DNA from: Basidiobolus meristosporus CBS 931.73
Lineage: Eukaryota > Fungi > Basidiobolomycota
Length of the DNA stretch: 64,000 nt
Assembly: GCA_002104905.1 (NCBI GenBank)
Contig: MCFE01000123.1
Coordinates: 62,001-126,000 of the forward strand
Reading direction: 5' to 3'
A program made the position numbers and the translations under genes. This document shows positions 50,566-61,571 of the stretch, one piece after another. Position 1 is the first letter of the stretch. Every line of letters starts with the position of its first letter. The notes under the pieces are model-generated. The model had not been told where the DNA came from. It did no database searches and saw nothing but the letters and a program-made list of their open reading frames with translations.

Positions 50566-50592
50566 TGATGGTGATGGTGATGGTGATGGTGC
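50566..50592 (+). repeat. (GTGATG)n microsatellite in the divergent GLE1/PI31 promoter
   Basis: GTGATGGTGATGGTGATGGTGATGGTG. Confidence 0.8.
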
Positions 50593-50673
50593 GGGTGACA
50601 TGACATCATCCGGGTTATCCTGATAAATAGATTATGCTGTGAGGTGAGTGAGCCATATTTTCTATACTCTACC

Positions 50674-52372
50674 ATGTCACAAAGTAAACAGAATCCTTTA
50701 AGTGTTCAGACTTTACTGTCTTTATTGGAACAGAATGTGGCGAAACCGGAAGACTCCGACGTCATACTGAGGAATGGGGGCGACGCGATAGCCGGACTCT
50801 TTCATTCAATCATGATCTCCCTGGGGTTCAGCTTTTCTGGGCTAGGGGATTCGGGGAAAGTAGGTGAGTAGAGCATAGGTTTCACCCAAAGTAAACTTTA
50901 AACTTGTAGCCCGGTGAAAAGAAACCACCCAACAAACTGCCCCCGGTTAGGGAGGAGCGGAAACTCTGGTTACACTTCAACTTACGCTCAGCGGCCCGTT
51001 CTCATTCAGACTTGTTACCTTTGCAGATTCAGGAGAAACAAAGCTTCCCGTCGGGTGGAACTCCTCGGACTGTTACTCGTTTCGTTACACCCATCCTCAG
51101 TCTCAACTCACCTTTCTAGTAAAGAGCGTTCACATTGGGAATAAACTAGTCGTGCACGGTTCAACCAAAGAGGTATAGACTTGGGCGCACACTTCACCTC
51201 ACCTAAAACATTTTATTAACGACGCTTGGTACCTCACCCTGTCGACCTTGGAAAGAACGACAAGATTGAATCGTTTGAGGTGGACATATCGAACTGCCTT
51301 TCACCTTCCTTCAACTTTCCCCTGACCAGCGGCTCCAACCAACATTACGCTTCCATATTCTGGTCGCCGGAGAAATTGAAAGAGGTCGTGGAGTTGTATC
51401 AGACCCGAATAGTTCAGGTTCTGTTACCCAAGCTGAATAAGCCGGGTTACGAGGAAACCAGGTGTTGTGGCCCTGTCGCTCTGCTCGCTCATTTCATCTC
51501 TAATCGATCTCTATAGAACAAACGTAGAAAGCTCCACCCGCAGCACCGGGACGCCCAGTCACGGAAGACCTCAACCCAATTATCCAGACCCGGAGGGATC
51601 ATCGCAACCCACGCGTGGAGGACTCCCATAGTAATCTCAATCATTCCATGGCGAACGCACTCGAACGAACATATGCTCATTTGCTTATCCGATATAGTTA
51701 CCATCCCACCGGGATCGGACGTTCAGACCTGGATCCACTAGCGGCCTCACCCGGGTTTATTTCCCCGAGGTTGGTCAACTGAAAGTTACTTGGGTTGAAT
51801 GCTCTAGCTAAACGGTATCTCTCTTGTAGAGGGGCTCCCTTTGGACTTGGTGGGGATAGTGGGATGTATGTGGGACCGGATCACTCCATTTTCGGAAGAG
51901 TCTCCGGCGATGATTATGACGAAAACCCAATCTTCGGTGGGCCACAGCCGTTGCCAAGGTAAGCTCTACGCATCACGCCTCGGAACTCCATTTAACTCGC
52001 GTTTCGCCTGTGTAGAGGGTCGGTCCCACCTGGAGCCAGATTCGACCCGATCGGACCTTTCGGTGAAAACCCTGGGCAGGGCCGCTTCCAAGGCGGTAAC
52101 CGCGGACGCGGACGCGGGCGTGGCCGAGGGGATGGGTTCAGGTAAGAAATGATCTCTAGAGGCTTGGCACAGCGACCCAATGATAACGATCCATCAAAAC
52201 CAGTGGCGAACCCGACCATGATCACCTCCCACCACCGGTAAACGAACATACATGATGAGTAATCTACGCAAAATGTACTAAAATGGCTACTCTATAGGGC
52301 TTCAACGGCGGATTTGGACCCGGAGGTGGTGGATTCGGATCTGGAGGATTCGGAGGCGGAATGTTCATGTAA
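50674..52372 (+). CDS. PSMF1: Proteasome inhibitor PI31 (Fub1/PSMF1), multi-exon
   Basis: DAIAGLFHSIMISLGF (FP domain), GIGRSDLDP, GMYVGPDH, PPGARFDPIGP, GEPDHDHLPPP, and a Gly-rich tail ending MFM. Confidence 0.9.
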
Positions 52373-52525
52373 TTCACGGGCTACGTTAGCAATGTAGCGA
52401 CAAATGACCCAATAAAAAACGGAGAGCCCAACTTGGCCTGGACAATGATATAGACAAATTCAGAATCGAGGGAAACTTTATTAACAAATCATAATGCCCG
52501 TCCGATTCAGGCTTCATTGATTCTA

Positions 52526-54367
52526 TTAAAGGCCAGCAATGTGGTGGAATAGTACAAGCCCACAAATATACAGTAATAGGTTATCCACCCTGCCAGAGCT
52601 GGCGCCAGAAATGGCACTCTCCTTGACGTCAGATCCCTGCACTCCATCCGAGGTGTCAGGGGCACTGCTACTCGTCGTGCACCCAGTATTGCATGTGTGA
52701 TAGCAGTCGTCCTTGGGGTATTTTGGCCTTTGTGCCGTGGCATTGGGGTGATCCCATCCAAGATCGAGTGTACAATCCGAGTGCGGCTGGAAGTTGGAGG
52801 CCCCGTACCAATCGATCATCCCCGCAAGCGCCCCCTGGAAGCCTGCATTGTAGTCTTGGGTGACTTCGGTGTAGACATAGTCCCTACGATTGTCAAAGAA
52901 AGAGTCATCGAACGCGGGTCCGCCAACCAGGGCTCCATAGAGGATGAACCGGTTCTTCGTCATGCTTTCCAGGAAATCCGAACCAACAGCATACTGAGGC
53001 TGCCCCTTCATAGGGTAGTCGATATATGCGTTGTAGCTAGCCTTGTGATAGGGCCGTTGTGGGTAGTCTTTTCCAAACCCAACCACCCAGGACCTACCAC
53101 AATCCCCCAGTATGTAGTTCATTTGTTGTGTGGCATGGTTGAGAAGCCTTTGGGCGTACGGGTCGTCGTAGCCGAGATCTTTGGCATGGTAGATCATCGC
53201 AAAGGCGACATTGGCCGAATATGATAGGGATCCCCATTTTTCGTAGAACGAAAGTCCTCGGGGAGTCTGCTGCACCTTCTGGTTAGGCCCGGGGAGCCAT
53301 GCGTCGAAGAATTCCTTGGCGTTTTTCTTGTAAACCTCCTCTTTTGTAAGATGGTACAGGAGCACATGGCAGGCGCCCTCTTGATCATCCCACGACCATT
53401 CGTAGCCCCCGTTGTAGGCGGCGGTGTACCATTTAATCCCTTCGTCGAGATAGACTTTGTTGTTGGTTGCTTGGTAGAGGAAAACCGCCGCCAATCCCAG
53501 CTCATCCTGCCAGTTTGTGGATGGGTACCACTCTTTGACCGTGGTCCAGTTGGCATTGTTGGATTCCATGAACGTGCCTTGGTGGTCGGTGGCAAATTTG
53601 TACAGCTGCTCCGCGTGGCCGAGGAGGGTTTTAGCGTAGTTAGGGTCGGAGTCCTTGAAAACTGAGGAAGAAGCGGCCATGGCAGCCGATGCGATACCAA
53701 GGATCTCCGAAGAGGGGTTTTCCGGGGTAACGTAGAATGCGGTGTGCTTGATACCAAGAGGAACGTACTCGTCGTAGAACTCTGGTGGCCCGAAATATCC
53801 GAAATCCACATCGGTCTCGCCAACGGCAGAGGTTCCCAACTGAGCCACGAAAGCCAGGGGGGCAGGATGAGCACTGATTAGGTAATCGGTGCCCCATTTG
53901 AGATTCTCCATGGCTTCCTTTTTTTCATTCACAGCCTCCATGGCGTCCCCGAACGCCAGTATGTTGAAGGCAAGCTGCATAATGGTAAACCCTAATGGTT
54001 GGGACCATTTCATCGTGTTCGCAGCCTCAAACCACGCCTTACTCAGATCCTCCCCGTACTCCCCTTTGCAATCCACGCACGAGTCCGTGCGCCAGGCCAG
54101 TCGTTGGTAAGGAAGCTTCCCGGACCTCTGGGAGTGGTAGAAGATCTGCGACTTGTGTAAAACCTCCGAGTAATCGTACGCGGGCTTCTTGGGGGCGCTG
54201 TAATTCCCGGTCGCCAATGGGCCGGGAGGAGTAATGCGCGGATCCTCCGCGGTGCCGGCATAAGAATCTTGACGTTTGGTGAGTTTCCGGGATGCCGCTG
54301 GCTCCGAGGAACACAGCAGTAGTAATCCCACTGCACCCACTGCAGAGGCTAGGCTCCAAGGTTTCAT
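52526..54367 (-). CDS. Glycoside hydrolase family 9 protein with signal peptide and hydrophobic (GPI/TM-like) C-terminus, intronless, 613 aa
   Basis: FYHSQRSGKLP, LKWGTDYL, QMNYILG, SWVVGFG, GALVGGP and TEVTQDYNAG; the catalytic-base motif is altered (see findings). Confidence 0.92.
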   Translation of the reverse strand: MKPWSLASAVGAVGLLLLCSSEPAASRKLTKRQDSYAGTAEDPRITPPGPLATGNYSAPKKPAYDYSEVLHKSQIFYHSQRSGKLPYQRLAWRTDSCVDCKGEYGEDLSKAWFEAANTMKWSQPLGFTIMQLAFNILAFGDAMEAVNEKKEAMENLKWGTDYLISAHPAPLAFVAQLGTSAVGETDVDFGYFGPPEFYDEYVPLGIKHTAFYVTPENPSSEILGIASAAMAASSSVFKDSDPNYAKTLLGHAEQLYKFATDHQGTFMESNNANWTTVKEWYPSTNWQDELGLAAVFLYQATNNKVYLDEGIKWYTAAYNGGYEWSWDDQEGACHVLLYHLTKEEVYKKNAKEFFDAWLPGPNQKVQQTPRGLSFYEKWGSLSYSANVAFAMIYHAKDLGYDDPYAQRLLNHATQQMNYILGDCGRSWVVGFGKDYPQRPYHKASYNAYIDYPMKGQPQYAVGSDFLESMTKNRFILYGALVGGPAFDDSFFDNRRDYVYTEVTQDYNAGFQGALAGMIDWYGASNFQPHSDCTLDLGWDHPNATAQRPKYPKDDCYHTCNTGCTTSSSAPDTSDGVQGSDVKESAISGASSGRVDNLLLYICGLVLFHHIAGL

Positions 54368-54832
54368 TTGTGCGGAGATTGAACAGTATGAGAATTAAGG
54401 TTTTGGTACGAAACCCTATTCTTTTATACTGCTCGGATGGCCATCACGCACTAATTTAGAATCTTGGTCGGATTTGGAAACGCAGGTCGATTTCATTAGA
54501 TCTACCACTTGTAGAGGAGCAGCTTTTTTTAGGAGTTGGCGTAGAATTCAGTTAATTTATCAATCGATTTAATGTCTCGAGCTCGGCACAAATGCAGCCA
54601 GATGAGGGACTGTGGAAATGCATACTAAGACATGCCATCATCATTTCCCTCCGATATACTGTGAAATAGGCAAGTGTAAATTAAAAGTGCTGGGCCATGA
54701 GCATTTATCAGTCCTATGTACAACGTAGTTTAATTAATATGATAAGGCTGCACATACATCCATGGTGTTCTAAATAGAAGAGGACAAGTGTGAGTGTGTA
54801 GTGGTATCCTGGCTGGAAAAATGGAAGGGCTT

Positions 54833-55789
54833 CTATCTGTTCAAGGAGGGCGGTGGGCTCTTGTTAAAACGATTGTTGACGTGATTGGCACAAAGGATGG
54901 AAACAAAGATTACGTATAGCTGAGGTATCAAGAGTGAGAAGGCTGAGATATAGAGCAGTTTCAAGGTGCGATCGCTAAACCGATAGTATTTTCCCATGCA
55001 CCCGGGCAGGAGACTGCGTAGGTAGCACTTATTGGAGAGGGCGGCGTGATCGAACGGCCCTTTGAACCCGCAACAATGTAACTATGAGAAGCGGTTAGTA
55101 GTGGTGCATGGAATCACATCCTGAAAGATGAATCCTACGTTGTTCTGAATGATTAGTCGCTCTTGGTAGCCAAAGGATCTCCATTGATGACCAAGCTTGG
55201 CTCTCAGATTCCACAATTGCCGTTTGTAAGCTAAATAGCCAACGACGGCGATCAGGATGAATATTACCCACAGGATTAGCGCCCAGATGGTCAATATTCT
55301 GCGGTTGTTCTTCAAGGACCCGTAATAACCTATCAACGAGTTGATTATCCCGATTAGGCTAAGGGTTATTAACACCCCAAGGAGTCCGCTGTTTCCGGTT
55401 ACAATCACTTCAGCTCGGAGGTAGCCTATTCGATTCGATCAACGATCAATCAGATTAATGATGGAGCATATAAGTCAATTAATTATGACAATTACCTCTG
55501 GAATAAGTGATCAGGGAGAAGAAGAAAATCGAGAGGGACACCACTAACAACTGTAATTGAACGTCAGTCTCGCTCTAAAGCCACTCCAGAGCAAACTTCC
55601 TACCAGGGTGTTTGCCACGAGCAATGACCATTTAGATTTTGTCCATTGCTCATGGACCATGTAATCTACATCTGACAGATATTGCTCATTTGCTTGATTC
55701 AATTCGTTGGTCAATTTCTCGGATGTTGGTAACGTATCTGCAAGTGATTCTGGCACACACACTTTTTCATCCCGACGCTCTAGGTTCAT
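54833..55789 (-). CDS. Fungal Tsp2-like tetraspanin (multi-exon)
   Basis: KWSLLVANTL, YLRAEVIVTGN, four hydrophobic segments, large loop LHCCGF...CYLRSLLPGC; introns inferred. Confidence 0.8.
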
Positions 55790-56569
55790 TGCGATAAGGT
55801 ACGAAGGTGCTGTAGGAATGGATCACTTGAAGAATGTGAATGCCTTGTCCAACAGAGGCGGTCATTTTATTTGACGTAGGAAAAGAGCTAAACTCTACTA
55901 GCACCCGCCATGTAGGAGGGAAGGTTTCAAACTGCATGTAATCACTGTTTTGAAAGCAAACCTAACTATTATTTATTGGGAGCGATTGATAAGCACCCGG
56001 CATTGTGGAACTGCATGGAAAGGGACAGTGTGGATACCCAATCCATCCGTCATCATCAGGCAAGCGGGGGCCCTATATAGCACCCATCCCCGAAATGCGA
56101 TATATTACAAGTTGTGTATATATCAGCACCCAGCCCTGGATTGCAAGATATTGTATTTGTAAGCCCTGAATTGCGATATATCGTATTTGCGGATAGGCAA
56201 AGTTTGGGGCGTCAGTCTTCCAATAAAAGCCAGATGCGGAAAAGATTTATTTGTATGCTTGCGTCAAGGGAGTGATGTATTTGTGTGTTTGAGTCACCGC
56301 AGGATATATTTGTTCTCTTTGTTCGGATCGGCGCCATGTGGGGTAAGGATGGCCAAATATCGAGGATGGAGGGAGTCGGAGCAGACGCCTCATCGGATGC
56401 TGGTGAATGTGCGAGTGTTGTGTACTCCATGGAGTGGGGATCAGGATGCATGATTATCAGGGCTGATCTCCGTAAATATTAGGATTATGTAGGCAGGTTT
56501 ATTACGATGGGTTTAGAATTATATACAGTTGTGTTACGAGGTCTAATTCTTGTTAGTCTATATTGTTGG

Positions 56570-57637
56570 TCATGCGCATATGGTGTTATTAAATGGCGCA
56601 TAGGGTGGGGGTGGTATCCCTTGGTATGGTGACATCGCTTCGTAACTGGGTGGGCACTGCGACAGCTCGTTCTGAAGGTCGCTTTGGACTCCCACCCGAA
56701 GCAGTAGGTGAAGGGTTTTACGCTCGTTGCCATCCTCGGTCTCGATCTCCACGAACACCTTATGGACCACCTTGATGTAGCTGCACTCACTATCACAGTA
56801 AGCGCCCTTGGGGATTTGGAGGTTTAGGCTGCCCTCCCAAGCATGTTCGTTGCATACCTGGCTGGCTTGGCTGAGGTCATGGCACTTGATTATTGGCTTG
56901 CCTCCCTTGAGGCTGTAGGAAATAAACTCCCGTAAGACAAGGGAGATTTTTCGGATCTTGAAAGTAGGCTCGAACGAGCAGAAGCTATACAAAACCGGAA
57001 ACTGATCGCCCACGGTGTAGGTTGTCTCAGGTGAGGAGATTTGATAAGCAAACTTATCCAGCCAAACCCCATGGATCATGGTCGGCTGTAGGTAGTCATC
57101 GGAGGACGGGAGTGGAGCACGTTTGATCTCCACTGTACGACACGCTTTCATGTCAAAATGGAACGCAGGGCGCTCCACCGTGGCCACCAATTTGTACACG
57201 ATCTTGCCTGAATTCACGTCGATGGACTCGGGCAAATCACCCTTGAGAGGCAGCTCGAAGTCGTAGGCGTAGTCTTTAGGCGCCAGTAGGTAAGCGTCCC
57301 GGCGTGCTTCCAAGAAGGTCCACTTGTGTCTGATTACATCGTACTCGTGCCTGGGGAGATCTGTGCGGAGGCTGGTTAGCATCGCTATCACGACGGGGAA
57401 AATGCTGCAAACACACTTACCAAAGCCGCCGTTGATCTTGACTTTGCCAACAAATTTGAGGTGAATGGACTTCACCTTCATGTGCTCTTGGGGATTGAAG
57501 CGCAGGGTTCCACGCAGCACGCATCCAACGGACTCTTCCGTGGTGCCATACATGGTCAGCGAGTCCCCATTCAAATCGATCTGGATGTGCTCGGTGGCGA
57601 GCTGTGTTGTGGAGTCAACGTGGGGTAGGTTGAACAT
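56570..57637 (-). CDS. Alpha-arrestin (ART/Rod1-like) with PPxY motifs; one 60-nt in-frame intron
   Basis: VLRGTL, YDFELPL..DLPES, IVYKLVATVER, C-terminal PPSY and PPPY; intron GTAAGT...CTAAC...CAG. Confidence 0.9.
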   Translation of the reverse strand: MFNLPHVDSTTQLATEHIQIDLNGDSLTMYGTTEESVGCVLRGTLRFNPQEHMKVKSIHLKFVGKVKINGGFGKCVCSIFPVVIAMLTSLRTDLPRHEYDVIRHKWTFLEARRDAYLLAPKDYAYDFELPLKGDLPESIDVNSGKIVYKLVATVERPAFHFDMKACRTVEIKRAPLPSSDDYLQPTMIHGVWLDKFAYQISSPETTYTVGDQFPVLYSFCSFEPTFKIRKISLVLREFISYSLKGGKPIIKCHDLSQASQVCNEHAWEGSLNLQIPKGAYCDSECSYIKVVHKVFVEIETEDGNERKTLHLLLRVGVQSDLQNELSQCPPSYEAMSPYQGIPPPPYAPFNNTICA

Positions 57638-58115
57638 GTCGATAGTGGTAGGGAGCTTGAGGCAGACACGGGGAATTTATAGAGGACCAAGGAGTTTGGA
57701 TCCGATGGGGCACGTGGAACCGCAACGCATGAAGCCTAGCTTTGATTATCTCTGTCCAAGCTAACCACAACCATCCAACATTCGTTTTTTTCCTATCCAC
57801 GTTGTAGCGACCCCGTATATGGTATGGATGCCTGGAAGTCGCCGCTTATGGAATCGGATGCTTGAAAGCCCCCCATACTGCCAATAAGTTAATTAAATCT
57901 CACCATCACTAATAATACACTAACCGCTCGTGTCACAAGGGTTGACAGCGCTCGAGTATTCCACATGTGAAGAGAGAAGCCACCCCCTTAATCATAGATG
58001 ACCAAATGAATTGCGGGACCATTGCATGTTGTAGGGTTTTTGTTTATTCAAGTGATGCCGAAGCTTTAGATATAGATTCGACCTGGATATTACCTGCGCA
58101 GATGAGATCCAAACA

Positions 58116-58983
58116 TTACAATCCCTTATCTTTCTTGCTGGCCGCCTTAGCGGCTCTCTTGAGATCCTTCTTGGTAACCTGTTTGGGTCCAGAATTGGCT
58201 CTGATATTACAAGGGCGAGTTAGTGGGCATCAGGGAGGATGATTAGCTGTTCGCTTATTTACCCGAAAGGTGAGCTAACTTTCCAAGGGCGTTTCAATTC
58301 GCCCTCAGCCCTCTTGTTGAAAAAGTGGATTTGGAACACTTTGCTCTCGAAGAGACTCTTGAAGGGCATGAAAGTTTGGAGGAAAAGGGGCTGGACATAG
58401 CCCCACTTGAGATGGATGAAGGCAAGAATGCAGAGGGAGATGAAGGTTTGCTTCACAACCTTGAAAACCTCATCGCAATCATAGTCGCAGTAGGTGGTGG
58501 TGATAGGAACGGGCTCCCTATAAACGACGTTAGTGGGGCCCTTCTCCGAACGCGAATGACCAATCAAACATACTCTCCGCTCCAAGGGTTGGGCTCAATG
58601 TACATGAGCTCGGTAGTATCTGATGATATGTGGATTTAGCAAGTGGAGATGTGGCGATCCAGCAAGCAAACAACAATACCGTTTTTAGCCTTGATGCGGG
58701 TTCTAACGTAGAAGCACAAGCCGAGAATAATCCCCACCGAGGTAAGATGGATGATACGCATCCAAAACACCTTGTTTGGATCTTCAAGATTTAGCATGCG
58801 GGCCTGTCACCAGTGCGAAGAAGGCAATTGGTTAGTTTGGACCGCTGCTTGCCCGGAGAGAAAGGATGGACTTACCACTTGGATCAGACCAAGGACCATG
58901 ACGAGGTTTTGTACCTATCATCACTGGTTTAATAAGGAAGTAAAGACGGACCAAACGCATCCACGCCCTACCTGAGGATTCAT
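58116..58983 (-). CDS. PHO88: Pho88/SND3 ER-targeting membrane protein (multi-exon)
   Basis: Spliced MNPQVQNLVMVLGLIQVARMLNLEDP...DYD...HLKWGYVQPLFLQ...LKRPW... Confidence 0.9.
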
Positions 58984-59130
58984 TTTGTGGAGAAGCCAAA
59001 GAGTTGGCAATGCGCGTCGAATAATTTAACCTTGCGGCCAAAAAAAAACTAATCAACATTCAGAGGTTCCATTGGGATCTTATGCCAAATTGAATCTTGG
59101 TTTGTGAATGTATGTACAGATTTATTTCAG

Positions 59131-59349
59131 TTAATTATGAACATAGTCAACCCACTTCTGGGCTATACGGCGCTTAGAATGTGATATCCGGATTCCAATA
59201 CCAATTTCGTTTGACGGGCTGTTGGTGGTGGTCTGTGTCTGTGTCTGTGTTGTGTCTGTGCCTGCGTCTTCAAGAGATATGGGCGCGGAATAGGCTAGAA
59301 GTATCAGCGCAAGATAGAAGAGCAGAATAAATACGGCCTTGGAGAGCAT
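59131..59349 (-). CDS. Small secreted protein, 72 aa, with a dibasic KRR site
   Basis: Signal-like MLSKAVFILLFYLALILLAYSA followed by AP, a Thr/Gln-rich spacer, then SKR-RIAQKWVDYVHN; CTCAACATG context and an upstream AATATAAG. Confidence 0.65.
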   Translation of the reverse strand: MLSKAVFILLFYLALILLAYSAPISLEDAGTDTTQTQTQTTTNSPSNEIGIGIRISHSKRRIAQKWVDYVHN

Positions 59350-59841
59350 GTTGAGCGTGGGATTGTAGATTTGCGGAATAGCTGGGCGGGAGTAGGTACT
59401 TATATTTAACATCACTTGGCCTGGACTCTTGACTCGTTCATCATGTTCGTATCCAGAGCATCCGTCTTCATCCCCCCGAAAGTCTAGTTTCTCTCTGGCA
59501 AATCACCCGCACTTCCGCCTGCCTCTAGGTCGACTATTTACGGCCTTCGATATGATTCACTCTATGCATTAGTTACCCATCATTTAGGCGAGAAAGGCCC
59601 AAGAATCTGACCACTTGATCGAGCCTCCTGGGTGATCTAGATATATCATCAGGGCGTCACAGGAGATCTAATTTAGCTTAATTTATTTTTAGGTTGTCCG
59701 CAGTGGAAGCACCAGGTTGCTTTATTAGCTGGCTAAGAAGCTGCGATTTTTTTTACGCAAATTTCTATTCTATGAATTCGGCTTAATCCTCCATTTATCA
59801 GAGGAACCACTCTGACCGCTACCCACGGATAAGTTAGAAAC

Positions 59842-61412
59842 ATGTTTGGTCTGTGCCGACTCACTAGACAGCTGGCCATAGGCAAACCAGTGCCTTTGAC
59901 TGTCCAAAAGGCATTCTTCTCCAACACCAACGTGCTGGAGATACGTAAGGCTAGTATAAAGAAGCCCAATGTGAGCACCTTGACCAAGCATCTCAAGCCA
60001 GACGGTATGACTGGTTACCAACGCAGAGCGAAGCTACTGAGGGAGGCGGGTAAGAAGAAGAACCCCATCACGAAAAAGACCCGAGGGTTTGTGCCGGTTC
60101 GATTCAAGCTTTTGTCAGTCGAGTCCGATGTCAAGTCTCCTCCCGTGAAAGGAAAAGGAAAGAAACCCAAATCTGGCGAAGAGACTGTAAAGGACTTTGT
60201 AAAGCGCGCCAACTCAAGCCAGTTCGAGGATTTCAAGCTTAGAGAGGAGGTGTTCACTGCACTGAAGAAGGGCCCTTGGCCCATGTTGGAGAACACGTGC
60301 GCCCAACCGAGATCCAGACGCTTGCTATCCCCGAGATTTTGAAGGGACGGAGCCAAATCCTTTGTGCCGCCGAGACAGGTTCTGGCAAAACTTTGGCCTA
60401 CTTGATCCCGCTCATCAACAGACTGAAGGAGCAGGAGGCAATTCACGAGAAGCAGGTAAGCACCACGGCAGTAAGAAAGCTCAACAAACCACGCGTGATT
60501 ATCTTGGTGCCAAGCAGAGAGCTTGTCAATCAAGTGATCCAAGTGGGTAAGGGCATGTGCCACCACGCCAAATTCCGGATCGCAGCCATGACAAATGCAA
60601 TGACCAAGAAAAACGTCCTGCGTGCGTTCGAAAGCCCGGTGGATATCCTGGTTGCCACACCCGCAAGCTTGTTGCATTACTTCAACGATAAAGACATATC
60701 CTTCGCCGACACTTTCTCGGTAGTTATCGACGAAGCCGACAGTATGTTCGATGGTGGATTTGGGGATGAAATCAAAGACATCTTCAAGTACATCAAGAGA
60801 TCACGCGAGACCCAGAACCTCAGCTCTCAATTCATCGTTGTATCGGCCACTCTTCCGAAGAAAGTCAACGAATCCCTGGACAAAATGTTCCCAGAGCTCT
60901 TCAAGATCACCACGCCTTCACTTCACAAAGCCCTTCCCAAACTCCGGCAAAACTTCGTGGATCTAGCCAGATTCCAAGGAAACAAACAGCTGGCGATATT
61001 GGATGTATTACGCGGCAATTCCCAAGACCGCACCATGATCTTCACCAACACTAAGCATGGTGCGAAGCTGCTTCACAAGTTCCTGGACGAAAAGAACATC
61101 AAGACCTTCTTGTTGCATGGCGACACCACCGACGATGCCAGAGATGAGATGGTGAACGCTTTCAAGGACGGCTCTCAAGAGTCCAGGATCATGGTGTGCA
61201 CTGACATTGCTTCTCGTGGTCTTGATGTCAGCAATGTGCACCATGTCATTCTCTATGACTTCCCTAGCTCTGTTGTAGACTATCTACACAGAGTAGGCAG
61301 AACTGCCCGTGCAGGCAGCAAGGGTAAAGCCACTAGTTTGGTGGCTCGCAAGAACCGCAATCTCGCCGATCGTATCCAACGGTCGATTCGAGATGGAACC
61401 GTTTTAAGCTAA
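59842..61412 (+). CDS. MRH4: Mitochondrial DEAD-box RNA helicase (MRH4/DDX28-like) with one apparent 1-nt frameshift near 60270
   Basis: Presequence-like N-terminus; PTEIQ, AETGSGKT, VPSREL, DEAD, SAT, DIASRGLD and HRVGRTAR. Confidence 0.8.
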
Positions 61413-61571
61413 TTCCGCACTAATTCGCATAGAATCCCCCTTCATATCTCTAGAGCATCCACTGTGGCATTTCTCTTATTTTCTTTAGTCTGCATGTATA
61501 CTTGAGTTGGTTACTCCACCATAATAATTAAATCGTATTCATTTTTTTTTATTACAAACGCGTTGAATGGT

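Noticed and set aside
50484-50675. ORF with a poly-His tract
   Set aside because: Product of the (GTGATG)n microsatellite in the divergent promoter; no other coding support.
52697-54359. Long overlapping antisense and alternate-frame ORFs over the GH9, IRED and helicase genes
   Set aside because: Expected shadows of GC-rich coding sequence with no independent features.
57320-57420. Odd insert KCVCSIFPVVIAMLTSLRT in the arrestin
   Set aside because: It is a 60-nt in-frame intron (GTAAGT...CTAAC...CAG) read through by the ORF finder.
60262-60280. Frameshift in the MRH4-like helicase as programmed recoding or a pseudogene
   Set aside because: One extra G in the GGG run of AAGAAGGGCCC restores the frame, there is no canonical slippery heptamer, and all motifs are intact. 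A homopolymer sequencing error is most likely; check the reads.
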